Assembly: GCA_964291225.2 (NCBI GenBank)
Contig: OZ219781.1
Location: 1,535,353-1,559,352, forward strand
DNA from: Arenicellales bacterium
GTDB lineage: Bacteria; Pseudomonadota; Gammaproteobacteria; Arenicellales; JAJDZL01
Direction of reading: 5' to 3'
Length of the DNA: 24,000 nt
Part shown: positions 1-9,481 of the stretch, in pieces
Layout of the letters: the number at the start of each line of letters is the position of its first letter
Numbering within the stretch: position 1 is the stretch's first letter
Made by a program: the position numbers and the translations under genes
Notes under the pieces: generated by a model
The model's database searches: none
What the model saw: only the letters and a program-made list of their open reading frames with translations
Told to the model about the DNA's origin: nothing

Positions 1-147
1 TTGACAACTGCTTGTTATAAAATTCACTACGTAGCGGTGCAGTTTTGATTATCGCATTACTTGATAACCAAATCGGTATACTTGAATAACTATAGTTGGT
101 AGTCTATTTTGCCAATCCCAATAGAGGTTTCTGTATTGTTATCATGA

Positions 148-177
148 TGCATATTTGCTTTTTATGCAGGCTTTTTT
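148..177 (+). terminator. Candidate rho-independent terminator of an upstream (off-window) gene
   Basis: tgcata (148-153) pairs with tatgca (163-168). After ggc comes a T6 run (172-177). The stem is AU-rich, so the call is weak. Confidence 0.3.
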
Positions 178-209
178 ATTCGTCTGTACTCCCGTAGGTA
201 TTTTGTCAA

Positions 210-1316
210 ATGCTAAAGAGTCCTCTGCACCAATTGCACCTTGAACTCGGAGCAAAAATGGGGCCATTTGCCGGTTACGAAATGCCACTTTGGTATCCCG
301 ACAAGATAATTGCCGAACATCTCCACACCCGTCAGGCAGCAAGCCTGTTTGACATCTCGCACATGGGGCAAGCCAACATCTTTGGTATTGATTGCGCAAA
401 AGAACTCGAACGGTTAATTCCAACAGACATTGAGAATCTCCCGGTCAATAAAATGCGATACTGTTGCTTCACAAACGATAATGGTGGCATTCTTGATGAC
501 CTGATCATTTCGAATCTTGGTCAAAAATACTATATCGTGATGAATGCCGCCCGCAAAGAACATGACCTTAAGCACCTTCGCGACAATACTGCCCAAACCA
601 CTACTTCTGTTGAATATTTTGAAAACGCTTTAATCGCATTGCAAGGGCCTATGGCATCTGATGTTCTCCGCCGCGCAAATCCTGATATCTGCGATCTCGG
701 TTTTATGACAATCGCCGAATTCATGATCAAAGATGTGCCGTGCATTGTCAGTCGCTCTGGCTACACCGGAGAAGATGGGTTTGAAATCTCAGTACCATCT
801 CAAAACACAGTTGAGTTGGTGCGGTGGTTACTAAACGAACCGGAAGTCAAACCAGCCGGACTAGGTGCCAGAGATTCCCTGCGACTTGAAGCTGGCCTTC
901 GCCTCTACGGGCAAGACATGGACACCAATACAACACCAGTTGAGGCCGGCATCCAGTGGACTATTCCAAATTCACGGCGGATCGGTGGCGAACGTGCTGG
1001 CGGTTTTCCTGGTAGCGACATCATCCTCAACCAGCTAATCAACGGGCCAAAACGCAAAATGACAGCCATGCGGCTCACAGGTAACGCACCGGCGCGTACC
1101 GGAACCGAAATTGTGAGCGCGGATCGCACTCCAATTGGCAAGGTCACAAGCGGCATGTTCGCACCATCAGTTGGCGCTCCAATCGCAATGGGATATGTTG
1201 AGACAGAATACTCTAAACCAGGCAAAGAAATCAATCTGCTATCGCGTGGCAAAATGCTACCGGCAATAGTAACCCGTTTGCCGTTTGTAAAACATCGTTA
1301 CCACACTCTCGTGTGA
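210..1316 (+). CDS. gcvT: Aminomethyltransferase, glycine cleavage system T protein
   Basis: 368-aa ORF. Family-typical segments include GPFAGYEMPLWY, SRSGYTGEDGFEI and RDSLRLEAGLRLYGQD. It is first in the canonical gcvT-gcvH-gcvP order. Confidence 0.95.
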   Translation: MLKSPLHQLHLELGAKMGPFAGYEMPLWYPDKIIAEHLHTRQAASLFDISHMGQANIFGIDCAKELERLIPTDIENLPVNKMRYCCFTNDNGGILDDLIISNLGQKYYIVMNAARKEHDLKHLRDNTAQTTTSVEYFENALIALQGPMASDVLRRANPDICDLGFMTIAEFMIKDVPCIVSRSGYTGEDGFEISVPSQNTVELVRWLLNEPEVKPAGLGARDSLRLEAGLRLYGQDMDTNTTPVEAGIQWTIPNSRRIGGERAGGFPGSDIILNQLINGPKRKMTAMRLTGNAPARTGTEIVSADRTPIGKVTSGMFAPSVGAPIAMGYVETEYSKPGKEINLLSRGKMLPAIVTRLPFVKHRYHTLV

Positions 1317-1347
1317 ACAGATTCAACTTCCAAAGGAGGTCACACCT

Positions 1348-1728
1348 ATGTCTAATATGCGCTATACATCTGATCATGAATGGGCTCGGCTCGAAGACAA
1401 CAATGTTGTTACTGTCGGAATTACTGATTTTGCCCAAGAACAGCTAGGCGACATCGTCTACATCGAAATGCCAAAAGTTGGGGACAGCTTTAATGCTGGG
1501 GACGAAATCGCCATTATTGAGTCAGTGAAAGCAGCTGCTGAACTGAAAACCCCAGTATCCGGCAAGATAGTCGAAGTCAATTCAGAACTTGACGGTGCGC
1601 CCGATACAGTCAACGAGAGCCCAACAGACAGCGGTTGGTTCTGTCGCATTGAAGTTGATAACACTGATGAATTCAACGGCCTATTGAGTGACGATGCGTA
1701 TACGAATTACCTCAGTGAACTTGAATGA
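1348..1728 (+). CDS. gcvH: Glycine cleavage system H protein (lipoyl carrier)
   Basis: 126 aa. YTSDHEWARLE N-terminus and lipoyl-lysine motif IIESVKAAAEL. Strong SD (aaggagg) upstream of the ATG. Confidence 0.95.
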   Translation: MSNMRYTSDHEWARLEDNNVVTVGITDFAQEQLGDIVYIEMPKVGDSFNAGDEIAIIESVKAAAELKTPVSGKIVEVNSELDGAPDTVNESPTDSGWFCRIEVDNTDEFNGLLSDDAYTNYLSELE

Positions 1729-1752
1729 TACCTAACACTTGAAACCGATTCC

Positions 1753-4719
1753 ATGAGCGATCAAACTTTAGCAAATAGCCAACCCAAAAAATCGTCATCA
1801 CTGCTAGAACTAGAGGCCTTTAACGACTTCGTTAGAAGACATATTGGCCCGGGTCCTGAACAAGTCAAGCAAATGCTAGATGAGCTTGGCCTTGAAAGTC
1901 TAGAAGATCTAATAGAGCAAACAGTACCGGCTAAGCTTCGTTCAGACACAACCTTAGACCTGCCAATGCCCCCTGGAGAAAACGAAACCTTGGCCTATAT
2001 CCGCCGCATGCGAGAGCGCAATCAGGTGTTTACTTCTATGATCGGCATGGGTTATCACGCGACGGTGCTACCAGGTGTGATCAGACGCAACATATTGGAA
2101 GACCCTGGCTGGTACACTGCTTATACGCCATATCAAGCCGAGGTTAGCCAAGGCCGTCTTGAGGCACTTTTAATCTTCCAGCAAATGCTGACTGACTTGA
2201 CGGGTATGGAACTTGCCAATGCCTCACTTCTTGATGAAGCGACAGCCGCAGCGGAAGCCATGACTTTGTCCAAAAGAGTTGCCAAAACCAAATCGATGAG
2301 ATATCTAGTGTCAGATGCCTGTCACCCGCAAACCATTGCAGTTGTCTCCACCCGAGCCCGCTCGCTCAGATTTGAAGTTGTCATCGGCAATATTGAACAT
2401 TTGATTGAAAGTGAAGATGATTATTTCGGAGCTTTGATTCAATACCCCGATACAAGCGGACGCGTCAATGACATTGAACCAACCATCAATCAGGCACATA
2501 AAAATAGCGCAATCGTAACAGTTGCCACAGACTTGCTTGCATTGTGCCTGCTAAAACCACCGGGTGAGTATGATGCTGACATTGTCATTGGCAACAGCCA
2601 ACGATTCGGAGTGCCGATGGCTTACGGCGGGCCACATGCCGCATTTCTCGCAACCCGAACAAAGTATCAACGTACCATCCCCGGGCGACTTATCGGTGTA
2701 TCGGTCGACTCACGCGGTAAACCTGCCTTGAGAATGGCGTTGCAAACACGCGAACAACACATTCGGCGCGATAAGGCAACGAGCAACATCTGTACTGCAC
2801 AAGTTTTACTAGCTGTGGTTGCCGCATTCTATGCAGTTTACCATGGTCCGGAAGGACTCAAGAGCATTGCCTCAAAAGTCCACCGGTTTGCACAAATCGC
2901 GGGCGAGGGGTTGCAACGCTTAGGCTACAAGCTTGTGCACAATGTGTACTTTGATACCATCACCGTTAACGCCCATGGACAAGCGCGCCGGATAGCAGCC
3001 AAAGCCCTCGAATCGAAAATCAACTTGCGAGTAATTGATGCCAATCATCTCGGTCTCGCATTCGACGAAACGACTAAACGCATTCATCTTGAAAGGTTGT
3101 GGACAGTATTCGATACCCGCGCCATGTCTAAAATTTCCATTGACCAAATTGATAGCGAAATTCCTGACTGTATTCCGGATGCGTTGAGCCGTAAAAGCGA
3201 GTTTTTGACCCATCCGACATTCAGCCTGTATCAATCCGAAACACTTTTGCTTCGATACATCCGTCAACTCGGGCAGAAAGACATAGCACTCAATCGCTCA
3301 ATGATCCCGCTCGGATCTTGCACAATGAAATTGAACTCAACGACAGAGATGGCACCGGTAACATTTCACAAGTTCAGTGCCATTCATCCGTTTGCACCGC
3401 TTGAACAGACCCAAGGTTACCACCAGCTGGTTGAGGAACTTGAGACCATGTTATGCGAGATCACAGGTTTTGATGCAATTTCATTTCAACCGAATGCCGG
3501 CTCGCAAGGTGAGTATGCTGGACTACTATGCATAAAGCGGTATCTTGAAGAAAAAGGTGAAGGTCACCGCGATATCTGCCTGATTCCGGAATCTGCGCAC
3601 GGTACCAATCCCGCTAGTGCAGCATTAGCCGGGCTCAGGGTTGTTGTAATTAAATGTGATGACGAGGGTAATATTGATATCAACGATCTGAGAGATAAGT
3701 TAGAGAAAAACAGTGGTAATATCGCGGCATTGATGGTTACCTACCCGTCAACACACGGTGTTTTTGAAGAGAAAATCACCGATATTTGCGATTTGGTACA
3801 TGAGCACGGCGCTCAAGTTTACCTTGACGGCGCAAATATGAATGCAATGGTTGGAATTTGCAAACCAGTGGAGATAGGTGCTGACGTTTGCCATCTCAAT
3901 CTACACAAAACTTTTTGTATTCCGCATGGAGGCGGCGGGCCAGGCGCTGGTCCCATCGGCGTTAAAATCCACTTGGCCCCATACCTGCCCGATCACTGTG
4001 TCATTGAAGGCGTCAATCCATACGCCGGTGAAACACCAACTATCGGCAACATTGCCGCCGCGCCTTGGGGCTCAGCGGGAATACTTCCAATCACTTGGTC
4101 CTACATTTCAATGATGGGGGCTGATGGGCTGCGATATGCCACTGAAATCGCAATCTTGAGCGCGAACTATATGGCAAAGAAGCTAGAGCCACACTTCCCC
4201 ATCCTATACAAAGGTAGAAATGGAAGAGTTGCTCATGAGTGCATCATTGATCTTCGCAGTGTGCGTAAAAACACCGGTATTACAGTTGAGGACATCGCCA
4301 AGCGACTGATGGATTTCGGGTTTCACGCGCCGACAGTGTCCTTTCCAGTGGCGGATACAATGATGATTGAACCAACTGAAAGTGAGGCCAAGCGTGAAAT
4401 CGATAGATTTTGCGACGCTATGATTGCGATAAGCGCGGAAATCAAGGATGTTGAGTCAGGTAAATCTGATCCGCAAAACAATCCGCTGAAGAATGCACCA
4501 CACACGCATGATCTCCTGATTGAAGAGAATTGGAATTTGCCATATACGCGCCAGCAGGCATTTTTTCCACGTGATTGGGTTTGGCAAGACAAGTACTGGC
4601 CATCAGTCAGTCGCATCGATAATGTTCATGGTGACCGAAACATCGTATGCAGCTGCCCACCACTATCTGAATGGGCAGAAGAAAAAAACAATGATACTTA
4701 TGAAGATCAAGCAGCTTGA
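1753..4719 (+). CDS. gcvP: Glycine dehydrogenase (decarboxylating), glycine cleavage P protein, single-chain form
   Basis: 988 aa. PLP-lysine region CHLNLHKTFCIPHGGGGPG. N-terminal FVRRHIGP motif. Third gene of the gcvTHP cluster. Confidence 0.95.
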   Translation: MSDQTLANSQPKKSSSLLELEAFNDFVRRHIGPGPEQVKQMLDELGLESLEDLIEQTVPAKLRSDTTLDLPMPPGENETLAYIRRMRERNQVFTSMIGMGYHATVLPGVIRRNILEDPGWYTAYTPYQAEVSQGRLEALLIFQQMLTDLTGMELANASLLDEATAAAEAMTLSKRVAKTKSMRYLVSDACHPQTIAVVSTRARSLRFEVVIGNIEHLIESEDDYFGALIQYPDTSGRVNDIEPTINQAHKNSAIVTVATDLLALCLLKPPGEYDADIVIGNSQRFGVPMAYGGPHAAFLATRTKYQRTIPGRLIGVSVDSRGKPALRMALQTREQHIRRDKATSNICTAQVLLAVVAAFYAVYHGPEGLKSIASKVHRFAQIAGEGLQRLGYKLVHNVYFDTITVNAHGQARRIAAKALESKINLRVIDANHLGLAFDETTKRIHLERLWTVFDTRAMSKISIDQIDSEIPDCIPDALSRKSEFLTHPTFSLYQSETLLLRYIRQLGQKDIALNRSMIPLGSCTMKLNSTTEMAPVTFHKFSAIHPFAPLEQTQGYHQLVEELETMLCEITGFDAISFQPNAGSQGEYAGLLCIKRYLEEKGEGHRDICLIPESAHGTNPASAALAGLRVVVIKCDDEGNIDINDLRDKLEKNSGNIAALMVTYPSTHGVFEEKITDICDLVHEHGAQVYLDGANMNAMVGICKPVEIGADVCHLNLHKTFCIPHGGGGPGAGPIGVKIHLAPYLPDHCVIEGVNPYAGETPTIGNIAAAPWGSAGILPITWSYISMMGADGLRYATEIAILSANYMAKKLEPHFPILYKGRNGRVAHECIIDLRSVRKNTGITVEDIAKRLMDFGFHAPTVSFPVADTMMIEPTESEAKREIDRFCDAMIAISAEIKDVESGKSDPQNNPLKNAPHTHDLLIEENWNLPYTRQQAFFPRDWVWQDKYWPSVSRIDNVHGDRNIVCSCPPLSEWAEEKNNDTYEDQAA

Positions 4720-4836
4720 ATTTTACCGATGAATATTTACAGTCTGCGGTTTCACCGTAAGTGTTTTTAAAAACAGCTAAATAAGCCATCTGAATTTATG
4801 ATATTGTTACTCCGAACGCTTGAATGAATCGAATTT

Positions 4837-5511
4837 TCAATTACAAGCCACCAACAGCTCACGGACCATAGCATCTGTCAAGGCAGATCGATCAAATTCT
4901 GCACCATCAACTAATTCGATGTATGAGCAACTTGTGCTCAAATTAACTTCCGAGTAATTCAGGTACGAGGCTGCAAGAATTCTCAAATCTTTGATTTCTT
5001 GTGTCAAACAATTTATCTCATTTAGATTTGCAAGTTTGTTGAGTGAACGACTGTCAAAAAAAAGTAGTTCAGGTATGCCAATCGAGATCCCATGAGAATC
5101 TGCGCGCCTCATTCGCATACTAACAACTCCGCGAGCAACGTTTGAAGTTGCAGGCCTGAGTTCACCGGCAACGCAGCAAACTCCACCACCGGCAACAAGT
5201 AACCCGGACTGACCTCGAAACTCTTCAACAGCAACTAAAGCTTGTGCAATACTAGTTGTATCGTCAACTAGAACATACGAAAGCTGGGCACCAAAATCAC
5301 TACCGTCTCTTAGTAGTCGATACAGTTCGACTGCGTTACTTGGTGTGCAAGCGACAATAATCTTGCAAATGCCTGCATCAGTCATCATGGCCAACGGATA
5401 TCGTATACGAGGAATGCATGCAAGCACTTCCGTTGCACTATCCACAACTTGAATTGATGTATGCGCGTTAGACCACTTGCCGAGTGCCGAAATTAACCCT
5501 TTTCGCTCCAA
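4837..5511 (-). CDS. RmlA-like sugar-nucleotidyltransferase-fold protein, shortened and lacking the canonical GGxGTR signature (function unknown)
   Basis: The ORF track gives 4837..5601. I prefer the TTG at 5511, which is preceded by agggga. That start removes the 53-nt overlap with the upstream gene and matches the RmlA N-terminus. Remembered E. coli RfbA segments align: AGIRDILIISTPQD / LLGDGSQWGLNLQY / GLAQAFIIGEEFIG versus AGICKIIVACTPSN / LLRDGSDFGAQLSY / SIAQALVAVEEFRG. GLYFYDNDVV also aligns with ELLFFDSRSL. The ILAGGSGTRL position reads LISALGKWSN and LGDN reads AGGG. Confidence 0.5.
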   Translation of the reverse strand: MERKGLISALGKWSNAHTSIQVVDSATEVLACIPRIRYPLAMMTDAGICKIIVACTPSNAVELYRLLRDGSDFGAQLSYVLVDDTTSIAQALVAVEEFRGQSGLLVAGGGVCCVAGELRPATSNVARGVVSMRMRRADSHGISIGIPELLFFDSRSLNKLANLNEINCLTQEIKDLRILAASYLNYSEVNLSTSCSYIELVDGAEFDRSALTDAMVRELLVACN

Positions 5512-5548
5512 GTTTCCCCTGCCAGGCAAATGTAGATAGCGGCCAGAG

Positions 5549-6391
5549 TTAGCGGAAACCCATGTAGACAAAGACCGGTTGTTGGTCAGACAAACCTTCA
5601 AATTCGACTCGAAGACGACTTAGGTTTTGCGTTGGCAGACTATCTGTCAATGTCCCTATGGATAAAATATCGCCGGCCAGTAAACTGATACCGCGAACCA
5701 GCAACGAATCTCGAACTCTTAATACTGCATCAAGTGGATGAATGAAATCCGCACTAGTTGCAACTGCAATCTGGTTTTTGTCTTGATCGAACACCTGCAA
5801 TGAATAGTTGCCTAGCTTTTCTATCCAATCCCGCAATCCGTTTGTTTCTAGTTCAGCGCCTAGAACAAACATTCGAATTTCTAAATTGGCAGCTGTGAGC
5901 GCATTATTGCTAGCAGGATTCAACTCACCAAGCAATGCATCTGTAAGTCGCACTCCAGGAATGACTGAGTGAATTGAATCCAAAACTTGTTCTCGCGTCT
6001 CAGCCATGTTGACCTTCTCGGAGCCAATTCGAAAAAGAATTTCGCCAGCCGCACGCATATCAATACCAAGAGAGCGATCAACTATGGCCCGGGTTCCGGT
6101 AAACATGTTCTCTAGTAAAATACCGGTAACCAATTCAGCCGAATTTTGATTCGGGCGATTGGCGTTCGCCAGATAGCCAACATCCAAACCCCACAATGGA
6201 CGTAGCAATGCGATGTAAAATTCTTGAACTGAATGCGCCATATCAATGTCAACTCGCAATTCAGACTCAAGTGGGCGTACCTCTTTGAATGCCTTGAATA
6301 TAACGCTAGCGTTTTGCTCAATGCTCAAATTCTGACCGAATGCAAAACCGCTACATGCGAAAACTGAAATCAACGTAACAATACGTTTCAT
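5549..6391 (-). CDS. Exported 2-keto-4-pentenoate hydratase-like (MhpD/HpcG, FAH-superfamily fold) protein, function unknown
   Basis: Start moved to the internal ATG at 6391, giving [20 protein letters not shown], a classic signal peptide with a possible lipobox VFAC. The C-terminal [31 protein letters not shown] resembles MhpD [39 protein letters not shown]...VIPGVRLTD parallels EAEIALVL...VLPALEVV. Confidence 0.5.
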   Translation of the reverse strand: [280 protein letters not shown]

Positions 6392-6635
6392 AATTCGGCA
6401 TAAACCTCTATAGGAATTGGTCAAACACATATAATTGTCGCCTTATGTAAAAAACAGGTTGTGCTGAGGCACGTTGCATGCTATTCAACCGTTAAACCAA
6501 CTAAAAGTTTACAATGATATTGAAAAAAATATACCAGTCACAGGAAAAATTCACATTTGAGCTCCAGATGACCAAAGTATCACTTGATCACCAAAAGCAA
6601 TTTTCGACCCCTAAGTATGAACCGCTCTGTCGGAA

Positions 6636-7400
6636 TTGGTGCCGAACTGTAGCGCTTTCTTTCGGTCTAGTCAATTGAATTTAATTTCACCGCGACAGTG
6701 GCAATTGGCTAGTTTAATACTAGCATTGACACTGAATGCTTGTGCTAAGGATTACAGGCCAAGCGAATGCGATGCCCTTGACCCTGAACTGTATATCGAG
6801 ACCGAGGACAAGTTTGAAAATTACAATCGGGCAATGTTCGAATTCAATTTGAAGGTTGATCGTTTGCTATTTGAACGAACTGCCAAAGCTTATCGAAAAT
6901 ACACTAATGACGAAGTAGAAAAATCTGTATCAAGTTTTTTTAGAAACCTAAAAGAGCCGCGAAATATTCTAGCCTCACTTCTCGCAGCTGACTTTGAAAC
7001 TGCGGCTGCTTCAACAATGCGTTTCACATTCAATTCGACTTTCGGCATGCTCGGTTTATTTGACGTGAGCGGTATGGGTGGCATCGAATATGAGAACTAC
7101 GACTTCGGACGGACTATGGGACGTTGGGGAATTGGCAGTGGACCCTATATCGTGCTGCCACTGATTGGGCCGGCTTCGCCGAGATCTATAGTTGGCTCTG
7201 CGGTTCACAACAAGCATACCTACGTAGTGAAACGAATAGAGAAATCTGAAACTCAGCTGCTTGTTCAACAATTGTCGCTAGTTGATACTCGAGCGCGGCT
7301 CATTCCATTTACGGACCTTCTCGCTGAACAACCAGATCCTTATATCTTCGCGCGAGAAAGCTATATCCAAAATCGCTTGAATCAAGTCTGTAACCCCTAG
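6636..7400 (+). CDS. mlaA: MlaA/VacJ outer-membrane lipoprotein (phospholipid asymmetry maintenance)
   Basis: Lipobox LTLNAC after a hydrophobic stretch. MlaA core motifs include YNRAMFEFNLKVDR, FGMLGLFDV and GPYIVLPLIGPASPR. The start is ambiguous: TTG at 6636, or in-frame TTG at 6675, which gives a more typical 23-aa signal peptide. Confidence 0.85.
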   Translation: MVPNCSAFFRSSQLNLISPRQWQLASLILALTLNACAKDYRPSECDALDPELYIETEDKFENYNRAMFEFNLKVDRLLFERTAKAYRKYTNDEVEKSVSSFFRNLKEPRNILASLLAADFETAAASTMRFTFNSTFGMLGLFDVSGMGGIEYENYDFGRTMGRWGIGSGPYIVLPLIGPASPRSIVGSAVHNKHTYVVKRIEKSETQLLVQQLSLVDTRARLIPFTDLLAEQPDPYIFARESYIQNRLNQVCNP

Positions 7401-7435
7401 TCGGGTCATCAGAACCACATTTAAGGAACAAATCC

Positions 7436-8248
7436 ATGGCGACTTATGCTATCGGGGACATTCAGGGTTGCTATAACGAATTTGAGCTGCTATTGCAAGA
7501 AATCAAATACGACCCGGCTCGAGACCACCTGATTCTACTCGGTGACCTAGTCAACCGAGGTCCAGACTCACTTTCAGTCATTCGTTTTGCTATGCAACAC
7601 GAAACGTCAGTCGAAATGGTGCTTGGCAATCATGAGTTGCATCTGCTCACAATTTTGGAGAATGTTTCCAAACCGCGCAAGCAAGACTCGTTCACGAACA
7701 TCATGCAAGCATCAGACCGAGGTGAAATTTGCGAATGGCTCTGCCAACAACCATTTGCCATACATAAAACCGAGCTGAACGTACTGGCAGTTCACGCCGG
7801 TATCCACCCCTATTGGAGCCTTGACGACTGCTTAAAACATGCCAATGAAGTGGAGATTCTGCTGCGCGGGCCGCAAAGACGAGAGTTTCTCACCAATTTG
7901 TTCGGTAATAAACCGAAACGCTGGAAAAATGACCACTCGCAATGGGACCGTGCCCGTGTAATTGTCAATATTCTCACTCGAATGCGCTACATCCGCAAGA
8001 ATGGCAAATTGAATTTTTCGGAGTTTAGAACCCGTGGACAACAAGAAAAAGGACTAATTCCATGGTTTGAGTTTCCACAACGCAAGTTCATCAAACCGAC
8101 CATTGTCTTTGGACATTGGTCCTCGCTCGGCGTTTTTCTGCAACCCGGGATTGTGGCGCTTGACTCAGGTTGTTGCTGGGGCAATAGTTTGAGTGCAGCC
8201 CAGCTTGACTCAACTCCATTCAAAATATCTCAAATTCGCTGTAAATAA
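7436..8248 (+). CDS. apaH: Bis(5'-nucleosyl)-tetraphosphatase, symmetrical (Ap4A hydrolase)
   Basis: 270 aa. Metallophosphoesterase motifs GDIQGC, GDLVNRGP and GNHE. The N-terminus MATYAIGDIQGCYNEF is typical of ApaH. An aagga SD lies upstream. Confidence 0.9.
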   Translation: MATYAIGDIQGCYNEFELLLQEIKYDPARDHLILLGDLVNRGPDSLSVIRFAMQHETSVEMVLGNHELHLLTILENVSKPRKQDSFTNIMQASDRGEICEWLCQQPFAIHKTELNVLAVHAGIHPYWSLDDCLKHANEVEILLRGPQRREFLTNLFGNKPKRWKNDHSQWDRARVIVNILTRMRYIRKNGKLNFSEFRTRGQQEKGLIPWFEFPQRKFIKPTIVFGHWSSLGVFLQPGIVALDSGCCWGNSLSAAQLDSTPFKISQIRCK

Positions 8249-8367
8249 AAGCCTAACCTACTGCAGCAACAGATCGCAACCCATTCAGCATATTGGCATC
8301 AAACTGATACAATATCTTTTCTTCTTTAACATTGAATGTTATGCTCGCAAACCTCATATAACCTATG

Positions 8368-8393
8368 GTCCTGTCTTGCGAAGGACTTGTTTT
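8368..8393 (+). terminator. Weak terminator or attenuator-like hairpin between apaH and the cysteine synthase gene
   Basis: gtcct (8368-8372) pairs with aggac (8382-8386), followed by ttgtttt. The stem is only 5 bp. Confidence 0.2.
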
Positions 8394-8469
8394 CCGATTG
8401 TGCCCAAAACAGCCAAAGACTTGAAGCCTTGTCTTGCACTATCAACTGACACGACAAAATACTCTAGCC

Positions 8470-9384
8470 ATGAAATACGATAATATCCTGCAAACTGTCG
8501 GCAATACTCCTGTCGTTCGCCTGACTAAAACCACAGTGGCGGCTTCAGTTAATCTGTGGGTGAAAATCGAAAGCTTCAACCCGGCCGGATCCATTAAAGA
8601 CAGGCCAGCGCTGAACATGATTGTTGATGCGGAAGCCAAGGGTAATCTAAAGCCCGGCGACACAATTGTTGAACCGACATCCGGTAACACTGGCATTGGC
8701 CTTGCGATGGTTGCGGCCTACAAGGGTTACCGCGCAGTTTTCACGATGGCTGAAGATATGAGTGAAGAGCGCAAGACCATCCTGCAGTCGTTTGGTGCTG
8801 AAATAGTATTGACGCCTGCCAAATATGGCACCAAAGGCGCTATCGAACGAGCACGCGAGCTGGAACGGGAAAAAGGCTACTTTTTTGTTGGGCAACATTT
8901 TAACCCAGCCAATCTAGACGCCCATCGGATTACTGCTGATGAAATCTGGCAAGACTTTGGAAACGAACTTGATGTCATCGTGTGCACAACAGGTACCGGA
9001 GGCACAATTAGCGGGCTCAAGAAATACTTAAAAAAAAGATTTAACCCTAATTTGACAATTGTTGCCACTGAACCGGCTGACTCACCGATCCTATCCAAGG
9101 GCATCGCTTGCAAACACAAGATCATGGGCACAGCCCCTGGATTCATTCCGAAGATACTAGACACTGACTCGTATGATGAGATTCTTCCTATCACAACTGA
9201 AGAAGCATACTCGACGACTCAATATCTGGCGCAGAAAGAGGGGATTTTCGCTGGTATATCATCAGGTGCTGCAACCCAGGGCATGCTGAAAATTGCTGCC
9301 CGTCCTGAATCAAAAGGCAAAACGCTGCTCGCCATTCTGCCTGATACAGGTGAGCGCTACCTCAGCACTGACGTTTGGGAATGA
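8470..9384 (+). CDS. cysK: Cysteine synthase (O-acetylserine sulfhydrylase, CysK/CysM family)
   Basis: The internal ATG at 8470 (MKYDNILQTVGNTPVVRL) matches the family N-terminus better than the ORF-track start at 8434. PLP-lysine motif NPAGSIKDR, plus TSGNTG, GTGGT and KHKIMGTAPGFIP. Assignment to CysK rather than CysM is uncertain. Confidence 0.88.
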   Translation: MKYDNILQTVGNTPVVRLTKTTVAASVNLWVKIESFNPAGSIKDRPALNMIVDAEAKGNLKPGDTIVEPTSGNTGIGLAMVAAYKGYRAVFTMAEDMSEERKTILQSFGAEIVLTPAKYGTKGAIERARELEREKGYFFVGQHFNPANLDAHRITADEIWQDFGNELDVIVCTTGTGGTISGLKKYLKKRFNPNLTIVATEPADSPILSKGIACKHKIMGTAPGFIPKILDTDSYDEILPITTEEAYSTTQYLAQKEGIFAGISSGAATQGMLKIAARPESKGKTLLAILPDTGERYLSTDVWE

Positions 9385-9481
9385 ATTTACGAAAGTATCT
9401 ACAATATCTTTAATACAATAAATACCGTTTGATGCTGGTCATTCTTTTGTTCAGAATTGAACATCTTAAATCGTATTTAGC

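Noticed and set aside
1-209. Looked for a glycine riboswitch in the gcvT leader, which is common upstream of gcvT in many bacteria
   Set aside because: None of the conserved glycine-aptamer words (GGAGAG...CACCG...CTCAGGCAA-type cores) are present. The leader is AT-rich and contains only a weak hairpin with a T-run.
4762-4775. Perfect palindrome tgtttttaaaaaca, with a small gcggt/accgt hairpin (4746-4758), between the convergent gcvP and RmlA-like genes
   Set aside because: It may help bidirectional termination, but the stem is only 5 bp including a G-T pair, and the palindrome has no loop. This is too weak to annotate as a terminator.
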